The notes: generated by a model not told the origin, from the letters alone. Positions 24,140-35,207 are shown, counted from the stretch's first letter. The stretch is 64,000 nt of DNA from Caecitellus pseudoparvulus (GCA_965644315.1 CBFFRQ010000034.1:124001-188000); one strand, 5' to 3'. Translations and numbers: made by a program.

Positions 24140-25257
24140 CGCGGCTCGTTCGGGCCATCCCGCTAAACGGCGTCGGAAGCTGTATTCGGCACAGCTTAGC
24201 ACCACGGACGCAACAGAAGTACGCCAGGCTCCTAGCGTCCTTCCTGCGCTTCTGTACACGCGGGGAACATAGAGGACCGAGGGCGCCGGGCCCGTTGCGG
24301 GCGAGCAAGGTTATCGAGTGGGCCCGACACCAAGTGACGACGGGAGCCTGCTCATCACGGTCGGCCGGCGGCAAGCTCAAGGCCCTGCTAGCCGCCGCGA
24401 ACTCATGGTGCATCCCAGTCGAGAACCTGAGCAGAGTGGGCATGACGCTCACCAAGCTTACGAAGGCGCTGGCCCGGATGAAACCGAGCCCGCCAGTGCA
24501 GCACCGTGAACACGTGCCTATGAGCAAGCTTCGTAAAACGGTGGACGCTCTGGGCGGACGCCCAAAGCTACAAGCCTGCCTGCTGATTGGGTTCTGGGCC
24601 ATGATGCGCGCTGGCGAGCTGCTGCACCTGGAATGGGCCGACCTCACCTTTACAAGACGTGACGGCGTATGGGTGGTGACGGGCAGGCATGGGGACAAGA
24701 CACATCACCACCGGGACAGGCAATGGTCCGTCCCCAGGTCCCCAGAGTGGGCGCGCGCGTTCGACCACCTCAGGGCAGAGGCAGCCCGAGGAAAAGGTCG
24801 GGTGCTATCGTCCCAGGACGGGGCGGACATAACCGCAGCGCTGAAGATGCACACCGGAGTCGGCCTCGGAGGCCTGCGGCCAGGCGGCCACAGGTTCTGG
24901 GTCCAGCAAGGGCTCCCAGCGGCGGCCATCCACCAACAGGGAGGGTGGGCCCCGACCTCGAACGTTCCCAGCCTCTGCTACTGGGGTCGGTCCGGGGTAG
25001 GACACAGTCTGCTTCGGGACGCCATGCTGGGCAACAGGCTGCGTACTCAAGATCCGGGCCGCAGCGAGGCTGCTTCACGGGCGAGGGGCATAACACAGGG
25101 GGAGGGGTACTCAGAGGACCGGGTCCCTGAGCCCCACCCCTTCGTCCGGCACCGCACGGCCAAGGAGAGGAGAGGCGAAGATCGCCCTCCCCTGCGCCGA
25201 CCGATGGCCAACTACGGCCAGTGGCCCCCCCGAGGGGGGGGCTGGGTGCAAGGGTGA
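24067..25257 (+). CDS. Ngaro ORF3, tyrosine recombinase (open frame; true start unresolved)
   Basis: N-terminal SLAPRTQQKY...FLRFC segment typical of DIRS/Ngaro YRs. Catalytic-type motifs MMRAGEL (R), DKT (K), GGLRPGG (xxxR), GGW (W), LCYW (Y). Overlaps the pol end in the -1 frame. Confidence 0.88.
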   Translation: MRHDSRTGSPPPHAGWIVVKEEQLARLVRAIPLNGVGSCIRHSLAPRTQQKYARLLASFLRFCTRGEHRGPRAPGPLRASKVIEWARHQVTTGACSSRSAGGKLKALLAAANSWCIPVENLSRVGMTLTKLTKALARMKPSPPVQHREHVPMSKLRKTVDALGGRPKLQACLLIGFWAMMRAGELLHLEWADLTFTRRDGVWVVTGRHGDKTHHHRDRQWSVPRSPEWARAFDHLRAEAARGKGRVLSSQDGADITAALKMHTGVGLGGLRPGGHRFWVQQGLPAAAIHQQGGWAPTSNVPSLCYWGRSGVGHSLLRDAMLGNRLRTQDPGRSEAASRARGITQGEGYSEDRVPEPHPFVRHRTAKERRGEDRPPLRRPMANYGQWPPRGGGWVQG

Positions 25258-25263
25258 ATGATG

Positions 25264-25431
25264 TGGGATGGACGCCTTGACACCCTGGGGCCACCGGGTA
25301 CGGGACCCCGCCGACTGCGGCACGCCGGTGCCGAGCGCGGGGTCACCGTGGTGTCGGGCGGTCCGGCAAGGATGCATTGGCAACAATGCATTCAAAATAC
25401 CACACCACCCGCTCGAGCGTCCAGCAGAACT
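25264..25431 (+). repeat. Ngaro split direct repeat B1
   Basis: 168 bp, appears identical to 25616-25783. Confidence 0.95.
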
Positions 25432-25596
25432 GCTGTTGCCTCCCCCGCAGGGGGTGGCAAGCGGGGGTTCTGCAGGGAGGGAGGCGGGGCAGTGTCGCCT
25501 GGGGCGCACTCTTCACCTCGCCTCCCATCCTCAGACCCTCACGTCGATGCCTCCTCTGATCTTCCTCCCTGACTTCGCCCGCTTCCTTTTTCTTTT
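25430..25596 (+). repeat. Ngaro split direct repeat A2
   Basis: Copy of A1 directly abutting B1. Confidence 0.95.
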
Positions 25597-25615
25597 TTTT
25601 TCCTTCTTCCCTCCT

Positions 25616-25783
25616 TGGGATGGACGCCTTGACACCCTGGGGCCACCGGGTACGGGACCCCGCCGACTGCGGCACGCCGGTGCCGAGCGCGGGGTCACCG
25701 TGGTGTCGGGCGGTCCGGCAAGGATGCATTGGCAACAATGCATTCAAAATACCACACCACCCGCTCGAGCGTCCAGCAGAACT
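25616..25783 (+). repeat. Ngaro split direct repeat B2
   Basis: Copy of B1 (tgggatggacgcc...gtccagcagaact); marks the right end of the element. Confidence 0.95.
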
Positions 25784-27238
25784 CCTCAGCGCCGGTGCCT
25801 CACCTTGCGTGATACTCACGGCATCCGGGTGAAGCCCAGTCGCCGGCACTGGGTGGCACAGGGTATGTGAGGGATATGAAGATACTTCCCTGCAGTTTTA
25901 CATGATAGCATCTGCATCCTGAGGCGAATCCTGGCATGGAGCATGCCTGAGGGAGCTGCCGCCAACCTTTCCCATGCTGCTCGCCATTGCAGTTGCCGTG
26001 CGAGAGCTGAGGGACGCTGCTGCGCCGTCAAACCTACGATTGAAGCTGATGAAGGCGTATGATGAGATTACACGCGGTCTGGGCAGCGACCTTTCCGACA
26101 TCCTTGGTTGAAAGCTGCGTCGAGGATAGGGAGTTTCGCTGGAGTTTCTGCTTCAATCTCAACGGCCGCGAACCCCGCACCTTGCACACGGGGGGGCTTG
26201 AAAGGGGATCATGATTGCGAGACAGGCCTGTAATTCATCCATCACGCCGATTCAGACGCCACTCAGAGAGGACTCTGCAGAGAGGGCAACCTTGCAGCTG
26301 GAGACGCGCTTCCCAGATGTTTCGCAGCAATGCCTGCGGCGAGCTCGAAGTGAAAGGTGCTCGTCCCTCGCCGTATGGCGCGAAAACAGCCCAGTTGCGC
26401 CCCTCCTGCCACGTAGTTCTGCCATTGGCTTGCCCTGCTACTCGCGATCTGTTGAGTATGTGATTGAAAAGACGGCCCTTAGTAGAATCAACAACCCAGC
26501 CACTGTCGACGGGGTCAAGTGCAGGTGCAGACATAGATCGGAAAGTGCCCAAGGCAGGGTCTTTCCGGCGTAGCTGCAACCCATCAACCTTTCAACTGGA
26601 CAACTCCTGCCCTGACCCAGGTTTGAGCCCCAAAAAACGAATGCTCAAATGGGACAGGTCGGCTTGCTTTGAACCCACCTTTCCGTGTCCGATGAACAGC
26701 TGTTGCGCACAGCTGTATGACCCTGAAGCTACCATATGACAGCCGGTACAAGGGCCATTGTGCGTAAAGGCCCTGAGCCCCCCCTCCTGGCCCCTGCAAG
26801 GCCACAGAGCGGCCGGCACTCTCGCCCCTCCCCGCTCAAACTATTCACACCTCACAATATACACAACCAAGCACCACCCAAACCCAACGCCGTTGTAAGT
26901 CTTTGTCAGTCCATGTGGCACCTGCGCCCATGCTTACGTCCACTGCGCTTGCCTTCTAGCCGCACGCGCGGCGCCTGGATGTACATGCTGCAGCTCGCAC
27001 CAGCGGCAAGGCGCAAGCCCTACACACCTCAATCGAACCAAAGCCATTCGCAGAATCGTCCACAAACTGTGCTTTTACCACATTCGCCGTCCCAAGCCTG
27101 TTCTGCAGCACTACGGTGCACGCAAAGGTCAGTGTCCCCTTGAAGCAGACCGCTCAAAACAGCAGGCATGCAGCTGAACCCCAGGCAAAGCACAGCACCT
27201 GGCATTGCCCATCTTCACAGCTCTCATCCGTTTCAAGC

Positions 27239-28780
27239 ATGACCCGCGACTTCGTCCCGGCCATGCCACTTCAAGCACGGAAAGTGCGGGGAACCTTCGC
27301 TGCCGTTGTTGCCCTGCTCTGCCTCTCCACGGCTGCTGCAGCGTGCCCAAGCTGCTGCTCAACCGAAGCCGAGCCCATGCAATCATGCGCTAAATGCCAC
27401 CCATCTTTGGACCTGTCTGACTGCACCCCCAAGGACGCTGTTACAACAGCTCTTGACACTGCAAGCTCGCTCGAAGTGCTGATTGTCAACGAGCACCAGC
27501 TCGGCAAGGTGTTCCAAGCACCCGAATCCCTGCCAGCACATCTCAAGAAAGTAAAGGTGACACGGTGTGCATCTCTTTCCTCCCTTCCGTACGCTCTGAT
27601 GCACCGCTTCCCTGCACACGTGAGCTTGGACGTGTCCGCCTGCCCCCTCGCAAAGTCATGCGCCTCTGCCCCCAAGGGCGAGAAATGCGCCATGGAGGCT
27701 ATCCCAGGCAGCAAGCATGCCCAATACTGCGCCTGCAGCCACTCCACGGGTGCTGGGCTCAGCCCCCGTCTGCGCTCACGGAAGCTGTTCTTCTCGTTCC
27801 CGCCCTTCCCCAGCACCCCGAGCTTCCCCTCAACACCCCCAGCCCCAAGCAACATTCCACCACTTCCATCTGTACCAACCATCCCCTCGGGACTGCCGAT
27901 TCCCACAATCCCCTCAGGCCTGCCCGTTCCCACAATCCCCTCGGGCTTGCCCTTCCCATCAGTGCCCACCATTCCCTCGGGCCTGCCCGTTCCCACAATC
28001 CCCTCGGGCTTGCCCTTCCCATCAGTGCCCACCATTCCCTCGGGCCTGCCCGTTCCCACAATCCCCTCGGGCTTGCCCTTCCCGTCAGTGCCCACCATTC
28101 CCTCGGGCCTGCCCGTTCCCACAATCCCCTCGGGCTTGCCCTTCCCATCAGTGCCCACCATTCCCTCGGGCCTGCCCGTTCCCACAATCCCCTCGGACTT
28201 GCCCTTCCCATCAGTGCCCACCATTCCCTCGGGCCTGCCCGTTCCCACAATCCCCTCGGGCTTGCCCTTCCCGTCAGTGCCCACCATTCCCTCGGGCCTG
28301 CCCGTTCCCACCATCCCCTCGGGCTTGCCCTTCCCCTCGGGCCTCCCTGTCCCAAGCACCGGTGCAAACACAAATGGTGGTGGTGGTGGGCAAGCATCGG
28401 CGACACCCACTGCAACTTCTCCACCCCAAATCTCTCCGTCCTCCTCTCCACCATCAACGCGTGGAGGTGCCGGCCAGGCCAGCTCAACAAAGGTGGAAAA
28501 GGACGAGGACGACGGCTCCCTTGGGCTCGGCTTGGGTCTCGGCGCTGCAGTGATTGCACTCGTCGTCATTGGCACCGTGGTCTGGCACATGAACAGCTCC
28601 AAGGCCGCTCGCCAAAGCGCGAGACCCGTGGACCAAGGTGTGGAGATGCACGAAACCAGCCGAGGCGCATCCCGCGCTGAAGCGGTGCAGCAGACAAAGG
28701 AAGGTCCAGGGGCAATGACGCAAGTGGATAACCCTCTACAAGCGGCGGCCGACAGCTTTGCGGAGCAGTCGCAAGTGTAA
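27239..28780 (+). CDS. Type I membrane protein: Cys-rich/LRR-like head, Pro/Ser/Thr mucin-like stalk, single TM helix, short tail
   Basis: Hydrophobic leader FAAVVALLCLSTAAAA. Cys-rich head with LRR-like LKKVKVTRCASLSSLP. 21-aa PTIPSGLP repeats. TM LGLGLGLGAAVIALVVIGTVVW. Tail contains DNPL. The start could be ATG 27239 or 27263. Confidence 0.8.
   Translation: MTRDFVPAMPLQARKVRGTFAAVVALLCLSTAAAACPSCCSTEAEPMQSCAKCHPSLDLSDCTPKDAVTTALDTASSLEVLIVNEHQLGKVFQAPESLPAHLKKVKVTRCASLSSLPYALMHRFPAHVSLDVSACPLAKSCASAPKGEKCAMEAIPGSKHAQYCACSHSTGAGLSPRLRSRKLFFSFPPFPSTPSFPSTPPAPSNIPPLPSVPTIPSGLPIPTIPSGLPVPTIPSGLPFPSVPTIPSGLPVPTIPSGLPFPSVPTIPSGLPVPTIPSGLPFPSVPTIPSGLPVPTIPSGLPFPSVPTIPSGLPVPTIPSDLPFPSVPTIPSGLPVPTIPSGLPFPSVPTIPSGLPVPTIPSGLPFPSGLPVPSTGANTNGGGGGQASATPTATSPPQISPSSSPPSTRGGAGQASSTKVEKDEDDGSLGLGLGLGAAVIALVVIGTVVWHMNSSKAARQSARPVDQGVEMHETSRGASRAEAVQQTKEGPGAMTQVDNPLQAAADSFAEQSQV
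27870..28350 (+). repeat. Coding tandem repeat, 63-bp unit (SVPTIPSGLPVPTIPSGLPFP) x ~6 plus partial units
   Basis: Directly visible. The unit is built from 27-bp sub-repeats. Confidence 0.95.
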
Positions 28781-29287
28781 GCGCATTGTGAGAGACGCGT
28801 GAGTGATTTCTGACGACAGCTGGCAAAGCGAAATGCAACCGTATGTCACCACCCTGTCGATAGACCAAGTTATCTGAAGGCCAAAGGCTATTTTACGTGG
28901 GTATGTGACAAGCTTGGTGCAAAAGGGGGCCTGCAAGCCTCAAAATAGACCGACGCTCTCAGTCACTGGTCTTCGCCCGCGTTTCGGTGCGAAACGCCCG
29001 ATCGAAAAGTGACTTTCATGTCGCCGTTGTCGAGCAGGTTGTCAGTCCTTGGCATAAAAAGGTATCAGTTGTGCTAGGATACTTCCATGGTATTCTTATT
29101 TTGGTAAACCGAAGATCCCGTACGTGTCTGCGGATGTATCCTTCACTGGTCAAAGATTAGGCTGTGGTGTAGAGGAAGTTCTCATATGTAAGTGCAAGCA
29201 CCATTAAGTAGCCCTATTCCCCGTTTGCGTGACAAGCAAGTGTGAGGTGAGTGTAGTCAAAGGCAAAGAGGATGAATGCAATGAATT

Positions 29288-32200
29288 CTAACCGACAAGG
29301 AGGAAGGCTGCAGCAGCCTCTGCCTCCCGGTCAGCCTGCACCATGCCTTGCCACTTCCCGAACACCAGCCGCTTTGTAACCTTGGTCAGGATCCGGCGGT
29401 GAAACATGAACAGGCGCTGCACTGCCTCCTCCTTGCGCTTGCTGTGTGCTGCAGTGAGGGCGTGGCTGTGCTGTGCCCGCAGGAGCTCCCTCTCAGCTTT
29501 GGCAGCCTCGGCTGCGGAGGCCTGTGCTATCCGGGCTTCCTTCAGCTCCACAGCCAGGTCACGCACATGATCTGACAGCTTCTCCTCTCTGTCACGCGCT
29601 TGCTCACTGACCCGAGCAGCACACACCGTCTCACGCCACTTGCCAAACGCTGTCCGCAACGCAAAGTGCGCCAGCCCACGCTTACGCAACACCGCAAAAC
29701 GGTCCAGCACAGCCACTGCATCACGGCGAGCCGACGCCTGCCGCTCCGCCAACACACTCTGACGCTCCGCTTCAAGCTTGCTGCTCACATGCCCCTCCAG
29801 CGCCTTGGCCTCCTCCAGCTCCTTCCACAGCTGCAGCACATGTGCCTGTGACTCGCACAGGGCGGCCTGGTCCGCCTCCGCCCTGCGCTGTGCATGCACC
29901 ATAGACACCCACCGACCCCACGCCAGGGACAGCACACCGTTCTGCTGCACGCGCTGCTGTAGCGTCGCGAAGCGATGCAGCGCCGCCAGTGCATGGGACC
30001 GTGTGCGCCCGTCGGCTGCCGCCAGCTTTGCCTTCAGCGCATCGGCCTGCTCAGAGGCGGCCTGCTCGACTGCATCCTTCTCCTCACACACAGCTGCCAG
30101 CCGAGCCTGCAGATCCTCCTCGGCAGCCGCAGCAGCCTCTGCCTCCCGGTCAGCCTGCACCATGCCTTGCCACTTCCCGAACACCAGCCGCTTTGTAACC
30201 TTGGTCAGGATCCGGCGGTGAAACATGAACAGGCGCTGCACTGCCTCCTCCTTGCGCTTGCTGTGTGCTGCAGTGAGGGCGTGGCTGTGCTGTGCCCGCA
30301 GGAGCTCCCTCTCAGCTTTGGCAGCCTCGGCTGCGGAGGCCTGTGCTATCCGGGCTTCCTTCAGCTCCACAGCCAGGTCACGCACATGATCTGACAGCTT
30401 CTCCTCTCTGTCACGCGCTTGCTCACTGACCCGAGCAGCACACACCGTCTCACGCCACTTGCCAAACGCTGTCCGCAACGCAAAGTGCGCCAGCCCACGC
30501 TTACGCAACACCGCAAAACGGTCCAGCACAGCCACTGCATCACGGCGAGCCGACGCCTGCCGCTCCGCCAACACACTCTGACGCTCCGCTTCAAGCTTGC
30601 TGCTCACATGCCCCTCCAGCGCCTTGGCCTCCTCCAGCTCCTTCCGCAGCTGCAGCACATGTGCCTGTGACTCGCGCAGGGCGGCCTGGTCCGCCTCCGC
30701 CCTGCGCTGTGCATGCACCATAGACACCCACCGACCCCACGCCAGGGACAGCACACCGTTCTGCTGCACGCGCTGCTGTAGCGTCGCGAAGCGATGCAGC
30801 GCCGCCAGTGCATGGGACCGTGTGCGCCCGTCAGCTGCCGCCAGCTTTGCCTTCAGCGCATCGGCCTGCTCAGAGGCGGCCTGCTCGACTGCATCCTTCT
30901 CCACTCCAACCCCATGCTTCTGCAGAATGCTCAGGTTGATCTGTCCACAGGCATGCCCTTGCCCAGCGATTGACTTGAGCGCCTCAAAAGTTTGTGCTTT
31001 GTCCTGCGTACTTAGTGAAGCCAGCGCTTTCAATGCACCTGCTTGTCCTTCATTTGCTAACGCAACCAAGGAATCCAGTGCGCGTTGCTGCTTCCGATGA
31101 GACAGCACAACAAGCATGTCAAGCACAGACTCATGACCTCCCCGCGCAAGCATTTGCACGTGACTGTATACTTCATGGCATGCTTTGGTTGCTTCAGTTG
31201 CTTCAGCAATGGCGTCAAGTGCATCTTCATCAGTTGCACACTTGAGAAGCTTGCCATGAACTACAGCACGTTGAGCACCAAGCATTGCGGTCCGCACAGC
31301 CCTTCCATTCACCACAGGCTCCCAAGCAAAACGTGCAGCTCCTGACACGCCATGTCGCGCACTCAACAGTTCACGCACTGCGCTCACATTGCTGCCTGTG
31401 TAAAGCATCTCCATATCTCGTGACTCGTCCCAAGAGCTGCCCGACCAGACATCCACTGCGCGGTCATCCTCAAGGCCCAACAGCTCGCTCACGACATCCA
31501 CGTGCCCATGCTCACACGCAAGTCGGAAGGCAGCTTCAGGTCCATCCCCATCCCCTGCGTGAACATCCACTGCTGCGTCCCCACTCAACGCCAGCAGCTC
31601 TCGCACTTTTGACAAGTTTCCGGCTTTGCATGCAGCAACGAAGGGAGGCATGCTTGTTTCCACTTTTGCTGCATAAAGTGCTTCACCACTGGTCCTGCAC
31701 ACCACAGCATCCGCACCAGCCAGATCACTGCCGTCAGTGTCACCCTCAGCGTGAGACATGACCGCATATGCCTCCATGCAAGAAGCTCTCCCTTCTTCGC
31801 TCACACGCTCCAAACCTTCACAAAAGTCCTCTGCCTTTCCCTCACAAGAGAACGCGAGCTCGCTCACGGTCCCCCGACTAGTCCCCAATCCAAGTACCTC
31901 GCGCAGTATGCCTTTTACTGCACTCCACACCCCCTCCATGCTGCTGACCCACACACCCGAACACGCGCCCAACAGCACCTGACACGACCCAGCCTCGACG
32001 GCCGCCGCCACATCACTGACAGTGCCGCTCTCAGCGCCAACCAACACAAAGCTGTCCAGCCCTACACCACCCATCTCAACACCACATGCCTGGGCAGCAG
32101 CACATGTCCCGAGCACAGCCCTGCACAGCTTCTGGCGCACGGTCCTTCCCACATCGCCCCAGGCCTCATCATTCACCACCTGGCTCAGTGGCCAACCAGC

Positions 32201-33416
32201 TTCACAGTGCATCTGCAGAATCACACTACTGTTGGAGCCCATTGGATCCTCAAAATAGGCCCCAACGCATGCATGCTGCAGAGCTGCTCCCCTTACTGAC
32301 TGGGCGAAACGAGGCAGCCCTTGCGCCAACCGAACATTCTCACTCCGCATGAAAGCAGTGACATTGCTAGCTACTGTCTCAGTACCCACCGCTATACTGC
32401 TGCTCCAGTGCTCTACATCCTCCCGTCCCGTGGTGAAGGTTGGGGACAGCCCTTCCCGAATCTGAAGCACGTACACCGTCCCGCTCTCGAAGCACTGCAC
32501 TCCATCCGGAACGTCCATGCCCGACACAGGCCGTAGCCGCCGAGCAGCCACAACCTTGCTGCTCCCAACCATGCTCCTCAGCTGCTCCACAGCTGCCGCA
32601 GCTGACTCCAAGTGCCCTGCAGCCACTTCGCTCCTCAGCTCGTCCGCTGCCTCGCCACGCAGCCATTCAGCCTGCTGCCGCATGGAAGCCAGAGCATCTG
32701 CCATGCCACTTGTACCACTGTCGCTTGGAGGCACTGCAGCCCTTGCGCCAACCCTTTCCACGGCATGCACCTTGTAGCTGATCCACCACCGCGTCAAGTC
32801 AGCCAGCGCACCTTCCAAGCCACCCCCACCACGCACGCCGAGCCACGCCCCCAGTATAGGGCCCCACAGTGCGTCACCCTCTGGCAGTGCATCCACACCT
32901 GTCCCAGATGCTGCATGGTGCAGCACATCCACCGCACAGAAGCACCGAAACGACAGGAAGTGCAGCGCAGCACACACTTCACCTCGCTCGGGCTGACCGT
33001 GCAGCAGTCCTGCCCGCTCCAGCAGCGCACCCCCTGCATCACGCAGCAGACAGCCAAGCTCCACAAGACTCGTGGCGGTGGGTGAAGCTTTCACATCTGG
33101 CTCCTCGCCTCGACCTATGGCCGCCAGCCCTCGCAGCGCACAGCCGGTCAAGCTGGCGCTGTCCGGCAGGCATTGCACTTTGCCCAGACCAGCCAGCACT
33201 TCGTCGCCTGGCACCCCTGCAGCAGCGGACACATGCCCTGATCCAGTGTGCACCGCGGTACCATCCTGCATGCAGAAGAGGCGAGGTGGGTGACGGGAGT
33301 GCGCGTGTCGCTTCTGCCGCCTGCTTGATGGCACAAGCACTTGCGCTAGCAGAAGCACCTTTGCCACGCAGAAAGGTGAATGAGGTGCCTGCTAGGCGCT
33401 TGTCGCCACGCACCAT
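29288..33416 (-). CDS. Mosaic protein (~1,320 aa): degenerate kinase-like segment, ankyrin repeats, Sel1-like fragment, duplicated coiled-coil; possibly truncated or a pseudogene
   Basis: Long ORF 29288..33367. Plausible start CACCATG at 33416 followed directly by a GTGCGT donor, with acceptor TCTGCATGCAG at 33266 (phase 0). Ankyrin AAFRLACEHGHVDVVSELL. Sel1-like AGQGHACGQINLSILQKHGVGVEKD. Abrupt end ...EAAAAFLLVG*. Confidence 0.65.
29310..30902 (-). repeat. 819-bp (273-codon) near-perfect tandem duplication within the CDS
   Basis: 29310-30083 matches 30129-30902 at offset 819 with only a few substitutions (e.g. LRESQ/LCESQ, LRKEL/LWKEL). Confidence 0.95.
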
Positions 33417-33950
33417 GGTGACAGTGTAGAAGGGATACTCAAGGCTTGGATGGGCAGCAGCCAGCTCAACTGCGGGGCAGTGTGACGTGGTTGCAGTGCC
33501 GGGAGGGAGTGCTGCAGCACCCGGCTTGTGCAACTTTGGCAAGCAGGCAATTTTATTTCGAAGCACAAGAGCACAGGGGGAGCAGTGACAGCTCTAATTG
33601 TCTTTGCGTTTTGAGAAGCATTATCTCTGCCACCTGTCACAGCTCTGCTTGTCGTCCCTTGATCTCGCGAAACGTCAGATCCAGCGGGTGGTCACAGGTC
33701 CTGGCAATCCACACCCCAGCTTCTAACGCTCCGTGTCCTAAGTCCGACCCCAGCGCCTGCAGACATGACTGCTCAGGCCCTTTACGTAAGCGGTCAGCGT
33801 TTGGCAGCGCCTGTAACCCCCTGTGCTGGGACTCACACCACACAAATGCTGCGAAGGGCCGCCTTCGGCATGGCGCCACTAAGCTGGACTCTCTCCCCAC
33901 CCCGGTGATCAGAGATATCACGACCGCGTCCAGGCTGATCGCATATGACC

Positions 33951-35207
33951 TCACTTTCCGTGGGCTCGCCTGAGAAAAACGGCGCATCGGCGGCCTTGCC
34001 GTGTGCTGGTTCCCATCCACACTGCGTCCTTGCCGGCCCTTGCTGAGACGGGCCCCGCCTCGACCCGCACCTAGTGAGAAATGGCTCGAATGCCTGTGAG
34101 CCCGAGAAGCTCCCTGACCACTGGCTGCAAACATCGCCTGGCTGCAGTTCTGAAGGCTGCGTCACTCCCCGCATGCACATCAACAGCCCTCTCACCGGCA
34201 AGTCCCAGGAGCTCGCACACCACCTTGACGTAGCCTGCGGAGCAAGCGTCACGAAATCCAGCCTCTGCCCCGTACACATCGCCCGCATGGACGTCCACTT
34301 CTCGCTCACCCCGTAAGGCAAGAAGTTCGCGGACGACGTGACTGTGCCCTCAACGGCACGCCCGCCTGAAGCAAACTTCGGGACCTTCCACGTCCCACAC
34401 GTGCACTTCAACAGCCCTGTCTCCTCTCAAGGCCAACAGCTGCCGAACGACCTTCACATGGCCATGCTCGCAAGCCAGTCGGAAGGCTGCGTCAGGGCCA
34501 TCCCAATCCTTAACGTGCACGTCCACGCAGCGAGGGCCCTCCAACGCGAGCAGCAGCTGCACCACTTCTGCATGGCCGAAACGGCAGGCTCGGCGCAGTC
34601 CACACTCTGGCCCCTTGCCGTCACGAGCGTGCACGTCCACTGCCCGCTCACCATCCAGAGCAAGCAGCAAGCGAACGATGCCTTCATGGCCAAACTCACA
34701 TGCCAGCCGGAAGCCAGCTTCAGGGCCGTCTTCGTCCGCAGCGTGCACGTCCACTGCTCTGGGCCCCGTCAGAGCCAACAGCTCACGAAGAACCCCTTCA
34801 TGTCCATTGCGGCAAGCCCACCGAAAGCTGCTCTCTGGCCCAGCTGTGTCAGCCGCGTGGACATCCACTTCCCTCGCACCTTCCAAGGACAACAGGCCGC
34901 GCACCACTTTCACGTGGCCGTTGCGACACGCCCAACGGAAGCCCGCCTCGGGACCCTCCTCATCGCTTCCATGTACGTCCACCGCTTGTTCCCCATCGAG
35001 CTCAAGGAATGCCCTCACAACAGCGAAGCTGCCAGCCTTGCAAGCCAGCAGAAAGCCCGTGCTCGCATCGCAGCTGGACAGCTCGGTCAGGAACGAACCT
35101 CCCCCCAGACACGCATGTTCTAGTACTCCACACAGTGTTTGAATGTTATCTTCTTCATGTGCAGTCTTCCAGAGCTCCACAGCCTGGCTATGGGTACTTC
35201 ATGACAT
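33951..35207 (-). pseudogene. Ankyrin-repeat gene (39-aa VDVHAxDxDGPEAxFRxACxxGH repeats) interrupted by three in-frame stops
   Basis: A single frame runs from ATG 35207 to TGA 33951, with TGA at 35199-35201, TGA at 34350-34352 (mid-repeat, RACR*GHSHVVRELL) and TAG at 34071-34073. The repeats continue in frame across the 34350 stop. Confidence 0.8.

Larger units (their letters stand above)
19803..25783 (+). mobile_element. Ngaro-type (DIRS-order) tyrosine-recombinase retrotransposon, full length
   Basis: Split direct repeats in the order A1-[gag, RT/RNaseH, YR]-B1-A2-B2, the defining Ngaro layout. No target-site duplication; a CT dinucleotide is shared at both ends and at the internal B1/A2 junction. 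Confidence 0.95.

Noticed and set aside
19803-25783. LTR retrotransposon, retron or DGR interpretation of the RT plus repeats
   Set aside because: No protease, DDE integrase or target-site duplication. Repeat pairs look identical (no A-specific variation). The A-B-A-B layout with a YR is diagnostic of Ngaro.
26150-26200. GGTTCG-containing stretch on the minus strand, possible tRNA
   Set aside because: No T-loop consensus and no cloverleaf pairing.
27870-28350. Regular repeats resembling a CRISPR array
   Set aside because: Units abut with no unique spacers, are multiples of 3 and lie inside a CDS. The context is eukaryotic with no cas genes.
28800-29290. AT-richer stretch as a possible endogenous virus or virophage fragment
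   Set aside because: Only ~0.5 kb, with no ORF or terminal repeats. Consistent with 3' UTR/intergenic DNA between convergent genes.
33951-35207. Reassigned genetic code or selenocysteine explaining the in-frame TGA/TAG codons
   Set aside because: Exons of 16-17 kb contain no in-frame stops, neighbouring genes terminate normally at TGA, TAG and TAA, and the interrupted positions are not Cys sites.
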